Positions 10,812 to 19,484 of a stretch of 64,000 bases of DNA are shown here, one piece after another. Origin of the DNA: Spirulina sp. (GTDB lineage: Bacteria > Cyanobacteriota > Cyanobacteriia > Phormidesmidales > Phormidesmidaceae). The position numbers were made by a program, and so were the translations under genes. Where the stretch lies: positions 17,563 to 81,562 of the forward strand of contig JBIPSI010000025.1 in assembly GCA_044070495.1 (NCBI GenBank), written 5' to 3'. The notes beneath the pieces were generated by a model that was not told the origin of the DNA, did not search any database, and saw only the letters and a list, made by a program, of their open reading frames with translations. Numbering within the stretch: position 1 is the first letter of the stretch; every line of letters starts with the position of its first letter.

Positions 10812-10869
10812 ATCCTGGCTAATTACGCTGGATCTCACTAACTCCAACGGTCTTTTGATCCATCCCCTG

Positions 10870-10901
10870 AACACCTGTTTCTCCGCGAAGCAGGTGTTTT
10901 T
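10870..10901 (+). terminator. Intrinsic terminator after trxA
   Basis: Stem aacacctgtttc / gaagcaggtgtt followed by a T-run. Confidence 0.7.
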
Positions 10902-10990
10902 GATGGACGATGTAGCCACAGACGAGAACAACCTCCGGCCCGATAACAATTCTCGGTAGAATAGGGTACTGCCCATTTATTTCCAAACCT

Positions 10991-12055
10991 ATGGTTGCTA
11001 TTCCCTCGAATCTTCCGTCCAGTATCCAGGCAGATATGGAGGTCTTACTCGATCACCTCCCTACCCTGGAGCATGGCAAGCTGATTCGGCAGGTGCTAGA
11101 GACCATTCTGCGCATGATGAGCCGCGAGTCGGATCGGCTGGACTGGAAGATCCTCAACTACGCGCTGCTGGATATGGAGCAGGGGTTTCAGATGTTCCAT
11201 CCCTATCGCCATACCCGCAAAGTCACGATCTTTGGTTCCGCTCGCATGGGAGCCGACAACCCCGACTATATTTTGGCCCAGCAGTTTGCAGAACAGGTGA
11301 CCCAACTGGGCTTTATGGTGATGACCGGGGCCGGGGGCGGCATTATGGAGGCCGGAAATGCTGGGGCGGGGCCAGAAAACTCCTTTGGGCTGAATATTCA
11401 GTTGCCCTTCGAGCAGGGGGCTAATCCGGTGATGACCGACAACCCCAAGCTGATCAACTTCAAGTATTTCTTTACCCGCAAGCTCTTTTTTATTCGTGAA
11501 AGCGATGCCCTCGTGCTGTTTCCCGGTGGCTTTGGCACCCAGGATGAGGGATTTGAGTCCTTGACGCTGATCCAAACCGGAAAAGCCGACCCGATGCCCG
11601 TGGTGTTGATCGATCATCCCGGCGGCAACTACTGGAAAGACTGGGACACCTACATTCGGGATCATTTGATGGAGCGAGGGTTGATCAGCCCCGACGACCC
11701 CAGCCTCTATACCATTACCGACAATGTCGATGACGCCTGCCACGCCATCAGCAGCTTTTACCGGGTCTATCACTCCTGCCGCTACGTGGGGGATCGACTG
11801 GTGATTCGGCTGAAATGCGAACTGCCCGATGCGGCGGTGGCTCTGCTGAACGAAGAGTATGGCGATATTTTGTCGAAGGGGCAGATTGAAAAATCGGCGG
11901 CCCTGCCGGAGGAAAAAAACGACGAAACCATCCCCCTGCCGCGTTTAGTCATGCACTTTAACCACCGAGATTTTGGCAAGCTACACCAGTTTATTCGGCG
12001 GCTGAATGATCTGGGGGATAGTCGTCCTGAACTGGAGCACCCAGAACAGAAGTAG
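10991..12055 (+). CDS. LOG-family nucleotide phosphoribohydrolase (long cyanobacterial form)
   Basis: 'VTIFGSAR', 'TGAGGGIMEAGN', 'FKYFFTRK', 'FPGGFGTQDE'. Confidence 0.9.
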   Translation: MVAIPSNLPSSIQADMEVLLDHLPTLEHGKLIRQVLETILRMMSRESDRLDWKILNYALLDMEQGFQMFHPYRHTRKVTIFGSARMGADNPDYILAQQFAEQVTQLGFMVMTGAGGGIMEAGNAGAGPENSFGLNIQLPFEQGANPVMTDNPKLINFKYFFTRKLFFIRESDALVLFPGGFGTQDEGFESLTLIQTGKADPMPVVLIDHPGGNYWKDWDTYIRDHLMERGLISPDDPSLYTITDNVDDACHAISSFYRVYHSCRYVGDRLVIRLKCELPDAAVALLNEEYGDILSKGQIEKSAALPEEKNDETIPLPRLVMHFNHRDFGKLHQFIRRLNDLGDSRPELEHPEQK

Positions 12056-12156
12056 CCCACCGACAGGGGGTCTCCCTACCCGCCGGTGACTGAAGGAGTG
12101 ATTGAGTGTGAGGGGCCGTTCCCTTGCCTGATGATCACTATAACTCGATGCGATCA

Positions 12157-13947
12157 TCACTCTGGGTTGGATAGGAGGGCTGTCACGTCGTCGCGATCAC
12201 CGCATCCCAGGGCTTCCATCGCCCCATGGGTGGAGAGGAAAACGTGATCCTGTCCGAGATGTTTGACAAAGCCAATCTTCTCCAACCCATCCATCACCGG
12301 GCCTTTTACTTCCGCAAGATGCAGTTGAACGCCCATGCTCTTTAATTGATCGATGAGGCGCTCTAGGGTTTCTAGGGCACTGCCGTCAATAAAGTTGATG
12401 CCGCTGCACGTCAGCACCAAATGCTCAACCTCTGGATTTTGGGCCACGGCGGACAGCAGGTAGTCTTCCAAGGCCCGCATACTGGCAAAGTAGAGGCTTT
12501 CGTCTACCCGCACCGTCAGCACATGGGGGCAGGTCAACACCGGATGGCGCTGGACATTGCGGAAGTGTTCGGTTCCGGCAATGCGCCCCACAATGGCCAT
12601 GTGGGGACGGCTGGTGCGCCAGAGGTAGAGCAGGATGGAGGCGGCGACCCCGGCCAAAATCCCTGCGACCACCTCCACCGACAAAACGGTGATGAAGGTA
12701 ACCAAAAAGGCGATGGCGTCGGCTTTGTTGTAGCGCCAGAGTTTAGCAAACCCAGGCCAGTCTAGGAAGTTGGAAACGGCCACGATAATCATGGCGGCTA
12801 GGCAAGCCTGGGGCAAAAAGTAGAACAGGGGGGTGAGAAACAGCACCGTCAGCGCCATCAGCGTCCCCGTAATCATCAGCGCTAAACAGGTGTTGGCCCC
12901 CGCCGTAAAGTTCACTGCCGAGCGGCTCACGCCTCCGGTGACGGGATAGGCTCCGGTGAAGGCGGCCCCCAGGTTGGCGGCACCGAGGGCAATCAGTTCT
13001 TGGTTGGCATCCACCGACTGCCGCCGCCGACTGCCTAGGGCTTGGGCCACCGCAAAGGCTTCGGTAAAGCCCACAAAGGCAATGGTTAGCACCACGGGCA
13101 AAACCTCTTGCAAGCTGACCAGGGAAAGGTTGGGCATCTGGAGGGTGGGCAACCCCGCCGGAATCTCGCCGACCACTTTGATGCCTGCGGTTTGATCCAG
13201 GCGCAGACTCCAGGTCAGCAGGGTGCCGATGGCAATGGCCACCAGGGGCGCACTTTTGGCAATGGGCACCACCGCCGCCGGACTTAGCCCCCGCCGCTGC
13301 AACCACGGAGCCAGAATTTTTTGGAACCCCAGGATGATGACCCCGCTCCCCAAGCCCAACGCCAGGGCCACCGGATTCAGTTGGGGCACCCCCCGCACCA
13401 GTTCGGCCAGCAGCGGGAAGAAATGCTCTCCACTGGCCACCTGAATCCCCAAAATATGCTTAACCTGGCTGAAGCCAATCACCAAGGCCGCCGCATTGAT
13501 GAACCCAGCAGTGACGGCATGGCTGAGAAAATTGGTAATAAACCCCAGCCGCAGCAACCCCAACACAATTTCCACAATGCCCACCCCCAGGGCCAACACC
13601 GCCGCCAAGGCTAGGTAATTGGGGTCATCGGGGGTGCTGAGGCTGGTGAGTCCGGCGGCGACCAAGAGGGACCCGACTGCCTCTGGCCCCACCGCCAAAA
13701 AGCGACTGGTGCCAAACAGGGGATAAATTAACAGGGGCAAAATGCTGGCGTATAGCCCCGCTTGGGGAGGCAGGCCCGCCAGTTGGGCGTAGGCTATGCT
13801 CTGGGGCACCAGAACGCTGGCGACGATAATCCCCGCCGTAATGTCTCCGGCCAAGTCAGCCGATTTGTAATTCAGGCCCCAGTCTAGAATCGGCAAGTAA
13901 CGACTGAACCGGGATAACCAAGAACGATCCAGGGACGAGGATGACAT
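12157..13947 (-). CDS. SulP/SLC26-family anion transporter with C-terminal STAS domain
   Basis: 'GDITAGIIVASVLVPQSIAYAQLAGLPPQAGLYAS', 'NQELIALGAAN', 'GGVSRSAVN', STAS 'INFIDGSAL'; start placed at ATG 13947 (MSSSSLDR). Confidence 0.93.
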   Translation of the reverse strand: MSSSSLDRSWLSRFSRYLPILDWGLNYKSADLAGDITAGIIVASVLVPQSIAYAQLAGLPPQAGLYASILPLLIYPLFGTSRFLAVGPEAVGSLLVAAGLTSLSTPDDPNYLALAAVLALGVGIVEIVLGLLRLGFITNFLSHAVTAGFINAAALVIGFSQVKHILGIQVASGEHFFPLLAELVRGVPQLNPVALALGLGSGVIILGFQKILAPWLQRRGLSPAAVVPIAKSAPLVAIAIGTLLTWSLRLDQTAGIKVVGEIPAGLPTLQMPNLSLVSLQEVLPVVLTIAFVGFTEAFAVAQALGSRRRQSVDANQELIALGAANLGAAFTGAYPVTGGVSRSAVNFTAGANTCLALMITGTLMALTVLFLTPLFYFLPQACLAAMIIVAVSNFLDWPGFAKLWRYNKADAIAFLVTFITVLSVEVVAGILAGVAASILLYLWRTSRPHMAIVGRIAGTEHFRNVQRHPVLTCPHVLTVRVDESLYFASMRALEDYLLSAVAQNPEVEHLVLTCSGINFIDGSALETLERLIDQLKSMGVQLHLAEVKGPVMDGLEKIGFVKHLGQDHVFLSTHGAMEALGCGDRDDVTALLSNPE

Positions 13948-14049
13948 AGGAAATCGGCAGATGATAGCGAGAGGACGTTGACCAATCCAGCAGGCGCACC
14001 AACACCCCAAAGCCTGACGCTCTAGGCCCAGGAAAGCCCTTGCACAGAT

Positions 14050-14063
14050 GTAGCTAAGTTTAC
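14050..14063. promoter_or_regulatory. Candidate NtcA-binding site between the divergent sulP and Lin0512-family genes
   Basis: tGTA-gctaagtt-TAC matches GTA-N8-TAC; no perfectly spaced -10 seen. Confidence 0.4.
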
Positions 14064-14224
14064 TTTAGTGCCATATGGGAATATGGTTGCAAGAAATAAT
14101 CTGCTCCATGGCCACGCCCCAATCCTAAAGGGATCGGTAGTCATTGGCGGTCATGGGTGGGAACTAACGGTAATTTAAGACAACAATTTAAGACAACGTT
14201 GATGATTGACGGTGAGGAGAACCT

Positions 14225-14587
14225 GTGGCAGCAAAACGACTGGTGATTGAAATGGGGATGGGGGTAGACCAGCACGGCCAAGACCCCACGGTGGCGGCGG
14301 CGCGGGCGGTGCGAAATGCCATTGCCCACAATGCCCTGCCGGGAGTGTGGGAGGTGGCGGGGCTAAGCCATCCCAACGAGATGCTGGTGGAAGTGCAGGT
14401 GGCGGTTCCCTTCCCTGACCAGGTACGGCAGGAGGAGGTGCTGGCGGTGCTGCCCTTTGGCCAGAAAACGCTGATCCTGAAAGAGGGCGGCATGGTGGTG
14501 GCGGGGCGGGCCATCCCCGAATTGGACGACAAAAACGACGATATGTACGTGGCCATCGCCGCCGTCACGGTGTCGATTCCGGCCTAG
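14225..14587 (+). CDS. Lin0512-family protein
   Basis: 'IEMGMGVDQHGQDPTVAAARAVRNAI', 'VLPFG...GGM' family signature. Confidence 0.85.
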   Translation: MAAKRLVIEMGMGVDQHGQDPTVAAARAVRNAIAHNALPGVWEVAGLSHPNEMLVEVQVAVPFPDQVRQEEVLAVLPFGQKTLILKEGGMVVAGRAIPELDDKNDDMYVAIAAVTVSIPA

Positions 14588-14631
14588 GGCATCGGCGGCG
14601 CAGAATGGTTTAATGGTAGGGATTCCTGGGG

Positions 14632-15252
14632 ATGCCACGGCCATCCGTGGCCCCACGCCAGCCGTTAGGAGAACCCGTTTTGTACCAATGTCCCAAAGAG
14701 GGGAACGTGCCCCTGCAAGACAGTGAGTTGGCCCCAGGTCTGATGGCCAAGGCTTGCCCCAGTTGTGGCGGGTCTTGGATTCCGCCGGAGATCTACGAGG
14801 AGTGGCAGAAGCCCCAAATCGACCCCGATGCGCCCACCCAGGTGGCGGTGCTGCCGCTGTCTTTGGATGTGCCCTTTCAGCCAGCGGGGCTAGATAACCG
14901 AGCCGCCCTTTGCCCCGACTGCCGCAGCTACCTGGTGCGGGGGCGCGTCAGCCTCAAACACACCGCCTTTTATGTGGAGCGCTGCCCCAACTGCAAAGGC
15001 ATTTGGTGCGATGCCGGAGAGTGGGACATTCTGCAAAAGCTGAGCTTGGATACCCACATTGGCTATCTGTTTTCCGCCGAGTGGCAGTCCCAGGTGCGGG
15101 AACAGGAAAACATTGCGCGGGAACAGCAGGCCATCCGCGACAAACTGGGGCCAGACATTGCTGAGCGCATCTTTGCCCTAGCGGAACTGCTAGAAGACCA
15201 CCCCAACGGCGACTTCGGCGTGGCCTACCTAATGCGCCGCTTCGATCAATAA
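14632..15252 (+). CDS. Tandem zf-TFIIB-type zinc-ribbon protein (start may be TTG ~14680)
   Basis: 'CPK', 'CPSCGGSW', 'CPDC', 'ERCPNCKGIWCDAGEW'. Confidence 0.8.
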   Translation: MPRPSVAPRQPLGEPVLYQCPKEGNVPLQDSELAPGLMAKACPSCGGSWIPPEIYEEWQKPQIDPDAPTQVAVLPLSLDVPFQPAGLDNRAALCPDCRSYLVRGRVSLKHTAFYVERCPNCKGIWCDAGEWDILQKLSLDTHIGYLFSAEWQSQVREQENIAREQQAIRDKLGPDIAERIFALAELLEDHPNGDFGVAYLMRRFDQ

Positions 15253-15261
15253 CCCCATCCC

Positions 15262-15312
15262 TCCTTCACCCTTCACCCCTTCACCCTTCACTCCTTCACC
15301 CCCTCCCACCCC
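15262..15312 (+). repeat. STRR-like short tandem repeat, 7-8-nt units of (c)ttcaccc
   Basis: ccttcacccttcaccccttcacccttcactccttcacccc in the intergenic gap. Confidence 0.7.
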
Positions 15313-15338
15313 TTTCATCGCCGCCCCTAAATCCCCCC

Positions 15339-16976
15339 ATGGCTGAAACCCTGCTCGAACTGGATAACTTCTCCGTCACCTACCCAGGCCAGCGTGATCC
15401 AGCGGTGGATGATATGTATTTGACCCTGGCGGCAGGAGAAAAGCTGGGCCTGGTGGGGGAGTCGGGTTGCGGCAAAAGCACCCTAGGGCGGGCCATACTG
15501 CGGCTGTTGCCTAGGGCGACGGATTTGCGGGGGCGGGTGTGGTTTAAGGGCGAATCGGTGCTGGATTTTACCCCTCGGCGGCTGCGGGAATTTCGGGGCG
15601 AAGCCGTGGCTTTGGTGTTCCAAGACCCGATGACGCGGCTGAACCCGCTGATGACCATCGGCGATCACTGCATTGAAACCCTGAGGGCGCATCGACCGGA
15701 GATTTCGGCGGCGGCGGCGAAGGATCGGGCCATGGAAGTGCTGGAAAAGGTGAACATTACCGCCAGTCGGTTTGGCCAATATCCCCACGAATTTAGCGGC
15801 GGGATGCGGCAGCGGGTGGCCATTGCCCTGGCGATGATCCTAGAGCCAGATCTGATCGTGGCGGACGAACCGACGACGAGTTTGGATGTGACGGTTTCCG
15901 CTCAAATTTTGGAGGAACTCACCTGCCTCTGCGATGACCTGGGTACGGCGCTGATTTTGATTTCCCACGATTTGGCCCTGGTGGCGGAATACTGCGACCG
16001 AGTGGCGGTGATGTATCGGGGCGAGAAGGTGGAGGAGGGCAAGGCGCTGGAGGTGTTTCAGCATCCTCAACATAAGTACACCCAATCCCTGGTAGACAGT
16101 GCCCGCCAGCTTCAGCAGGCCGAGGGGTTTGTCTACACGCCCCCCGACCCCGCCTCGGAACCCGCCCCCCTGCTGCGCCTCGTCGATGTGCAAAAGCACT
16201 ACACCCTAGAGGCCAATCCCATCGCCCGTCTGCTGGGTAAGGAACAGCCCAAGGCGATCAAGGCGGTGGACGGGGTTTCCTTGGACATTTACCCCGGCGA
16301 GATTTTGGGCCTGGTGGGGGAATCGGGCTGTGGCAAAAGCACCCTGTCGCGCACGATTTTGCAGCTCATCAAACCCACCGCTGGCCAGGTGATCTTTGAC
16401 GGCACCGACCTCACTACCCTCTCGCCCCAGGCATTGCGGCGACAGCGGCGGCAGTTGCAAATGGTGTTCCAAGATCCCCACGCCTGCCTGAACCCGATGA
16501 TGACCGTGGGCCAAAGCATTGCCGATCCGCTGATTATCCACGGCCTCGCCAGCCCCGACCAGGCCGAAGTTCAGGTGCGCGAAATGCTGGCCCGTGTCAG
16601 CCTCATCCCCGTGGATGACTACCTTCACCGCTTCCCAGGAGATCTCTCCGGTGGTCAACAACAACGGGTGGCCATTGCCCGCGCCCTGATTACCAAGCCC
16701 CAACTGGTAATCTGCGATGAACCCGTGAGTATGCTAGACGCCACGGTGCAAACCCAGGTGCTGGATCTGATGCTGGCCCTGAAGCAGGATTTCAACCTGA
16801 CTTACCTGTTTATCACCCACGATCTTTGGGTGGCGCGGTTTATGTGCGACCGCATCGCCGTCATGCAGGGGGGCAGCATTGTGGAGTTGGCCCCCACCCA
16901 GGAACTCTTTGCCCATCCCCAGCATCCCTATACCCAAACCCTGCTCCAGGCCGCCCCAATGCTAGCCAGCGCTTAG
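15339..16976 (+). CDS. Dipeptide/oligopeptide ABC transporter ATP-binding protein (two fused ATPase domains)
   Basis: Two Walker A 'GESGCGKST'; signatures 'FSGGMRQR' and 'LSGGQQQR'; 'PQHKYT'/'PQHPYT' tails. Confidence 0.93.
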   Translation: MAETLLELDNFSVTYPGQRDPAVDDMYLTLAAGEKLGLVGESGCGKSTLGRAILRLLPRATDLRGRVWFKGESVLDFTPRRLREFRGEAVALVFQDPMTRLNPLMTIGDHCIETLRAHRPEISAAAAKDRAMEVLEKVNITASRFGQYPHEFSGGMRQRVAIALAMILEPDLIVADEPTTSLDVTVSAQILEELTCLCDDLGTALILISHDLALVAEYCDRVAVMYRGEKVEEGKALEVFQHPQHKYTQSLVDSARQLQQAEGFVYTPPDPASEPAPLLRLVDVQKHYTLEANPIARLLGKEQPKAIKAVDGVSLDIYPGEILGLVGESGCGKSTLSRTILQLIKPTAGQVIFDGTDLTTLSPQALRRQRRQLQMVFQDPHACLNPMMTVGQSIADPLIIHGLASPDQAEVQVREMLARVSLIPVDDYLHRFPGDLSGGQQQRVAIARALITKPQLVICDEPVSMLDATVQTQVLDLMLALKQDFNLTYLFITHDLWVARFMCDRIAVMQGGSIVELAPTQELFAHPQHPYTQTLLQAAPMLASA

Positions 16977-17197
16977 CCGCCCATAATCCGCCAATAGGCG
17001 CACCTAGAGTAGACAGCGGTTTACAGGGGTTTACAATGGGAAAAGCAAGGGTACTAGACTGGGTGCATTTGCCCAACAAGGTGCCAGATTGAAGATTCGT
17101 CCCAGTCAGCTTTTCAGCCCTAGATTTCCATCATCCCATTTAGGATCGGATTGAGGATCAGAACCAGAAGCCAAGGCGAGGACAGCGCATTGAACAG

Positions 17198-19456
17198 TTG
17201 CGATCCCGGTGTCCCGTGGTAAATCGACCTTTACTTCCTCTGATACTGGGGAGCATGGGGTTAATCCTAGGCTGGGGCCAAGGGGCTGGCCTAGGGCAAG
17301 ATGGCCCCAGGGAGGACGTGCTACGGGTTGGTATCTATGACAACCCGCCCAAGGTGTTTTGGGATGCGGAAACGGGCCAACCCAGAGGCTTTTTCCCTGA
17401 AATTTTAGATGCCATTGCCGAGGAAGAAGCCTGGGACATCACCTACGTGCCCTGCCAGTGGGCCGACTGTTTGGCCGACCTAGAGGCGGGTCGCCTGGAT
17501 TTGATGATGGATGTGGCCTATTCCCAGGAGCGGGAGGCCCGGTTTGACTTTAACCGAGTGGTGGTGGTGCCCAGTTGGTCGGTGGTGGTGGCAAGACGCG
17601 GGGTGAAGCTCGATTCGGTGCTGGATTTGGACGGCAAACGGTTGGGGGTCTTAAAGGACAGCATCCAGGCCAATGCCCTAGCTAGCACCAGCCAAGGGTT
17701 TGACATCCGTCCCGACCTTGTTCTGGCCAATACCATCGATGATTTGGCCCGTCTATTGGAGGCAGGAGAGGTGGATGGGGTGCTGGTTCACCGATTTTTT
17801 CCGTTCCAGGAACGCCTGCCCCAAGGGGTGCAGACCAATATCTTGATCCAGCCCACCCAACTGCACTTTGTCTCGCCCAAGGGTCGCCATCAGGAGATCC
17901 TTGCGGCCTTAGATCGCCAGTTGACGTTGCTGAAAAATAACCCGGATTCGGTGTACTACGAACTCAGCCAGCACTGGCTGTTGGGGCTGGAGGTCTACAA
18001 AACCAACTGGCCGCTGCTGCGTCGCATCATGGCCGGGATTGCCCTAGGGGTAGCGGCTGTGGGAACTGGGCTATTAGTGATCTGGAACCGTAGCCTGCGC
18101 CGGGAAATGGATCAACGCTTGGCGGTACAGGCCCAACTCAACCATGAATTGCTCCACGATAGTCTCACAGGACTGCCCAACCGTAAGTATATGATGGCCC
18201 ATCTGGAGGACTGTCTAGGCCAGGTGTCGCGTTCCGAATTGGCTGGGTTTATCGTTCTGTTCCTCGATCTGGATCGGTTTAAGGTGGTAAACGACAGTCT
18301 GGGGCACCTACTGGGCGATCAACTGCTGCTGGAAATGGCTGAGCGCCTGCGCCAAACCACCTACTGGGTGGCTCGTTTGGGGGGCGATGAGTTTGTCATG
18401 GTGCTCGAACACACCGACGATGTGCAGCGGGCCATCCCCATTGCCGAACAAATTCTCACCATTCTGGGGGTGCCCTGCCACCTGGAGGGCCACGATATCA
18501 CGGTGGGGGCGAGTATCGGCATGGTGCGGGCCTCCAGGGTCTACCAAGCCCCCATGGAACTGATCCGCGATGCCGACATTGCCATGTATAGCGCCAAGGC
18601 CAAGGGCCGCAACCGCTACGCCATTTTTGAGCCGGATATGCACCTGGCCGCCGCCCAACAGCTCACCCTAGAAACCGACCTACGCCATGCCCTGGCCCAG
18701 CAGCAGTTTGTGCTCTACTACCAGCCGATTGTGGATTTGCGATCCGGGCGAATGATGGGCCTAGAAGCCTTGGTTCGTTGGCAGCACCCCACCCTGGGGT
18801 TGCTACCGCCCGGACGGTTCATTCCCCTCGCTGAGGATACGGGATTGATTGTGCCCCTGGGCTGGTGGGTCTTGGATACCGCCTGCGCCCAACTGGCCCA
18901 ATGGCGACGGCAGCAGCCCTACCTCGGCCACCTGACGGTGAGCGTGAATGTGTCGGCCTCCCAACTGCGGGAACCCCATTGGCTGGATCGGGTCAACCAG
19001 GCGTTGCACCACACGGGGCTGGAGGGTTCCAGCCTGATTTTAGAAATCACCGAAACCCTGCTGCTGCAAAATATGAACCTCACGGCGAGCCTGATGCAGC
19101 AGTTGCAGCATGGGGCAGTGGGCATCAGCATTGACGACTTTGGGACGGGCTACTCCTCCTTCAGCTATCTGCACCAGTTGCCCATCACCTCCTTCAAGAT
19201 TGATCGGCTGTTTATTACCGACCTCACCACCCAGCAAAAAAATCAGGACATTGTGAAAACCATGCTGGTGCTGGCCCGCCAAATGGGGGTTAGCGTCACC
19301 GCCGAGGGCATTGAAACCCAGGCCCAGATGGATCTACTCCGGCTCATGGGCTGCAACCTCGGCCAGGGCTACGGGTTTGATCCGCCCCTGCCCGCCGACC
19401 AAATGTTCCAGCGCCTTCAGGCCCCGGTCTACGCCCTAGCGTCTGTGAACCCCTAG
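17198..19456 (+). CDS. Periplasmic SBP-sensor diguanylate cyclase/phosphodiesterase (SBP_bac_3, TM, GGDEF, EAL)
   Basis: Signal-like N-terminus; 'LRVGIYDNPP' family-3 SBP; TM 'IMAGIALGVAAVGTGLLVIW'; 'HDSLTGLPNR', 'ARLGGDEF', 'EALVRW', 'DDFGTGYSS'; exact start uncertain. Confidence 0.9.
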   Translation: MRSRCPVVNRPLLPLILGSMGLILGWGQGAGLGQDGPREDVLRVGIYDNPPKVFWDAETGQPRGFFPEILDAIAEEEAWDITYVPCQWADCLADLEAGRLDLMMDVAYSQEREARFDFNRVVVVPSWSVVVARRGVKLDSVLDLDGKRLGVLKDSIQANALASTSQGFDIRPDLVLANTIDDLARLLEAGEVDGVLVHRFFPFQERLPQGVQTNILIQPTQLHFVSPKGRHQEILAALDRQLTLLKNNPDSVYYELSQHWLLGLEVYKTNWPLLRRIMAGIALGVAAVGTGLLVIWNRSLRREMDQRLAVQAQLNHELLHDSLTGLPNRKYMMAHLEDCLGQVSRSELAGFIVLFLDLDRFKVVNDSLGHLLGDQLLLEMAERLRQTTYWVARLGGDEFVMVLEHTDDVQRAIPIAEQILTILGVPCHLEGHDITVGASIGMVRASRVYQAPMELIRDADIAMYSAKAKGRNRYAIFEPDMHLAAAQQLTLETDLRHALAQQQFVLYYQPIVDLRSGRMMGLEALVRWQHPTLGLLPPGRFIPLAEDTGLIVPLGWWVLDTACAQLAQWRRQQPYLGHLTVSVNVSASQLREPHWLDRVNQALHHTGLEGSSLILEITETLLLQNMNLTASLMQQLQHGAVGISIDDFGTGYSSFSYLHQLPITSFKIDRLFITDLTTQQKNQDIVKTMLVLARQMGVSVTAEGIETQAQMDLLRLMGCNLGQGYGFDPPLPADQMFQRLQAPVYALASVNP

Positions 19457-19484
19457 TATCCTGGAGTCCGTGAAACCTTCGCGC

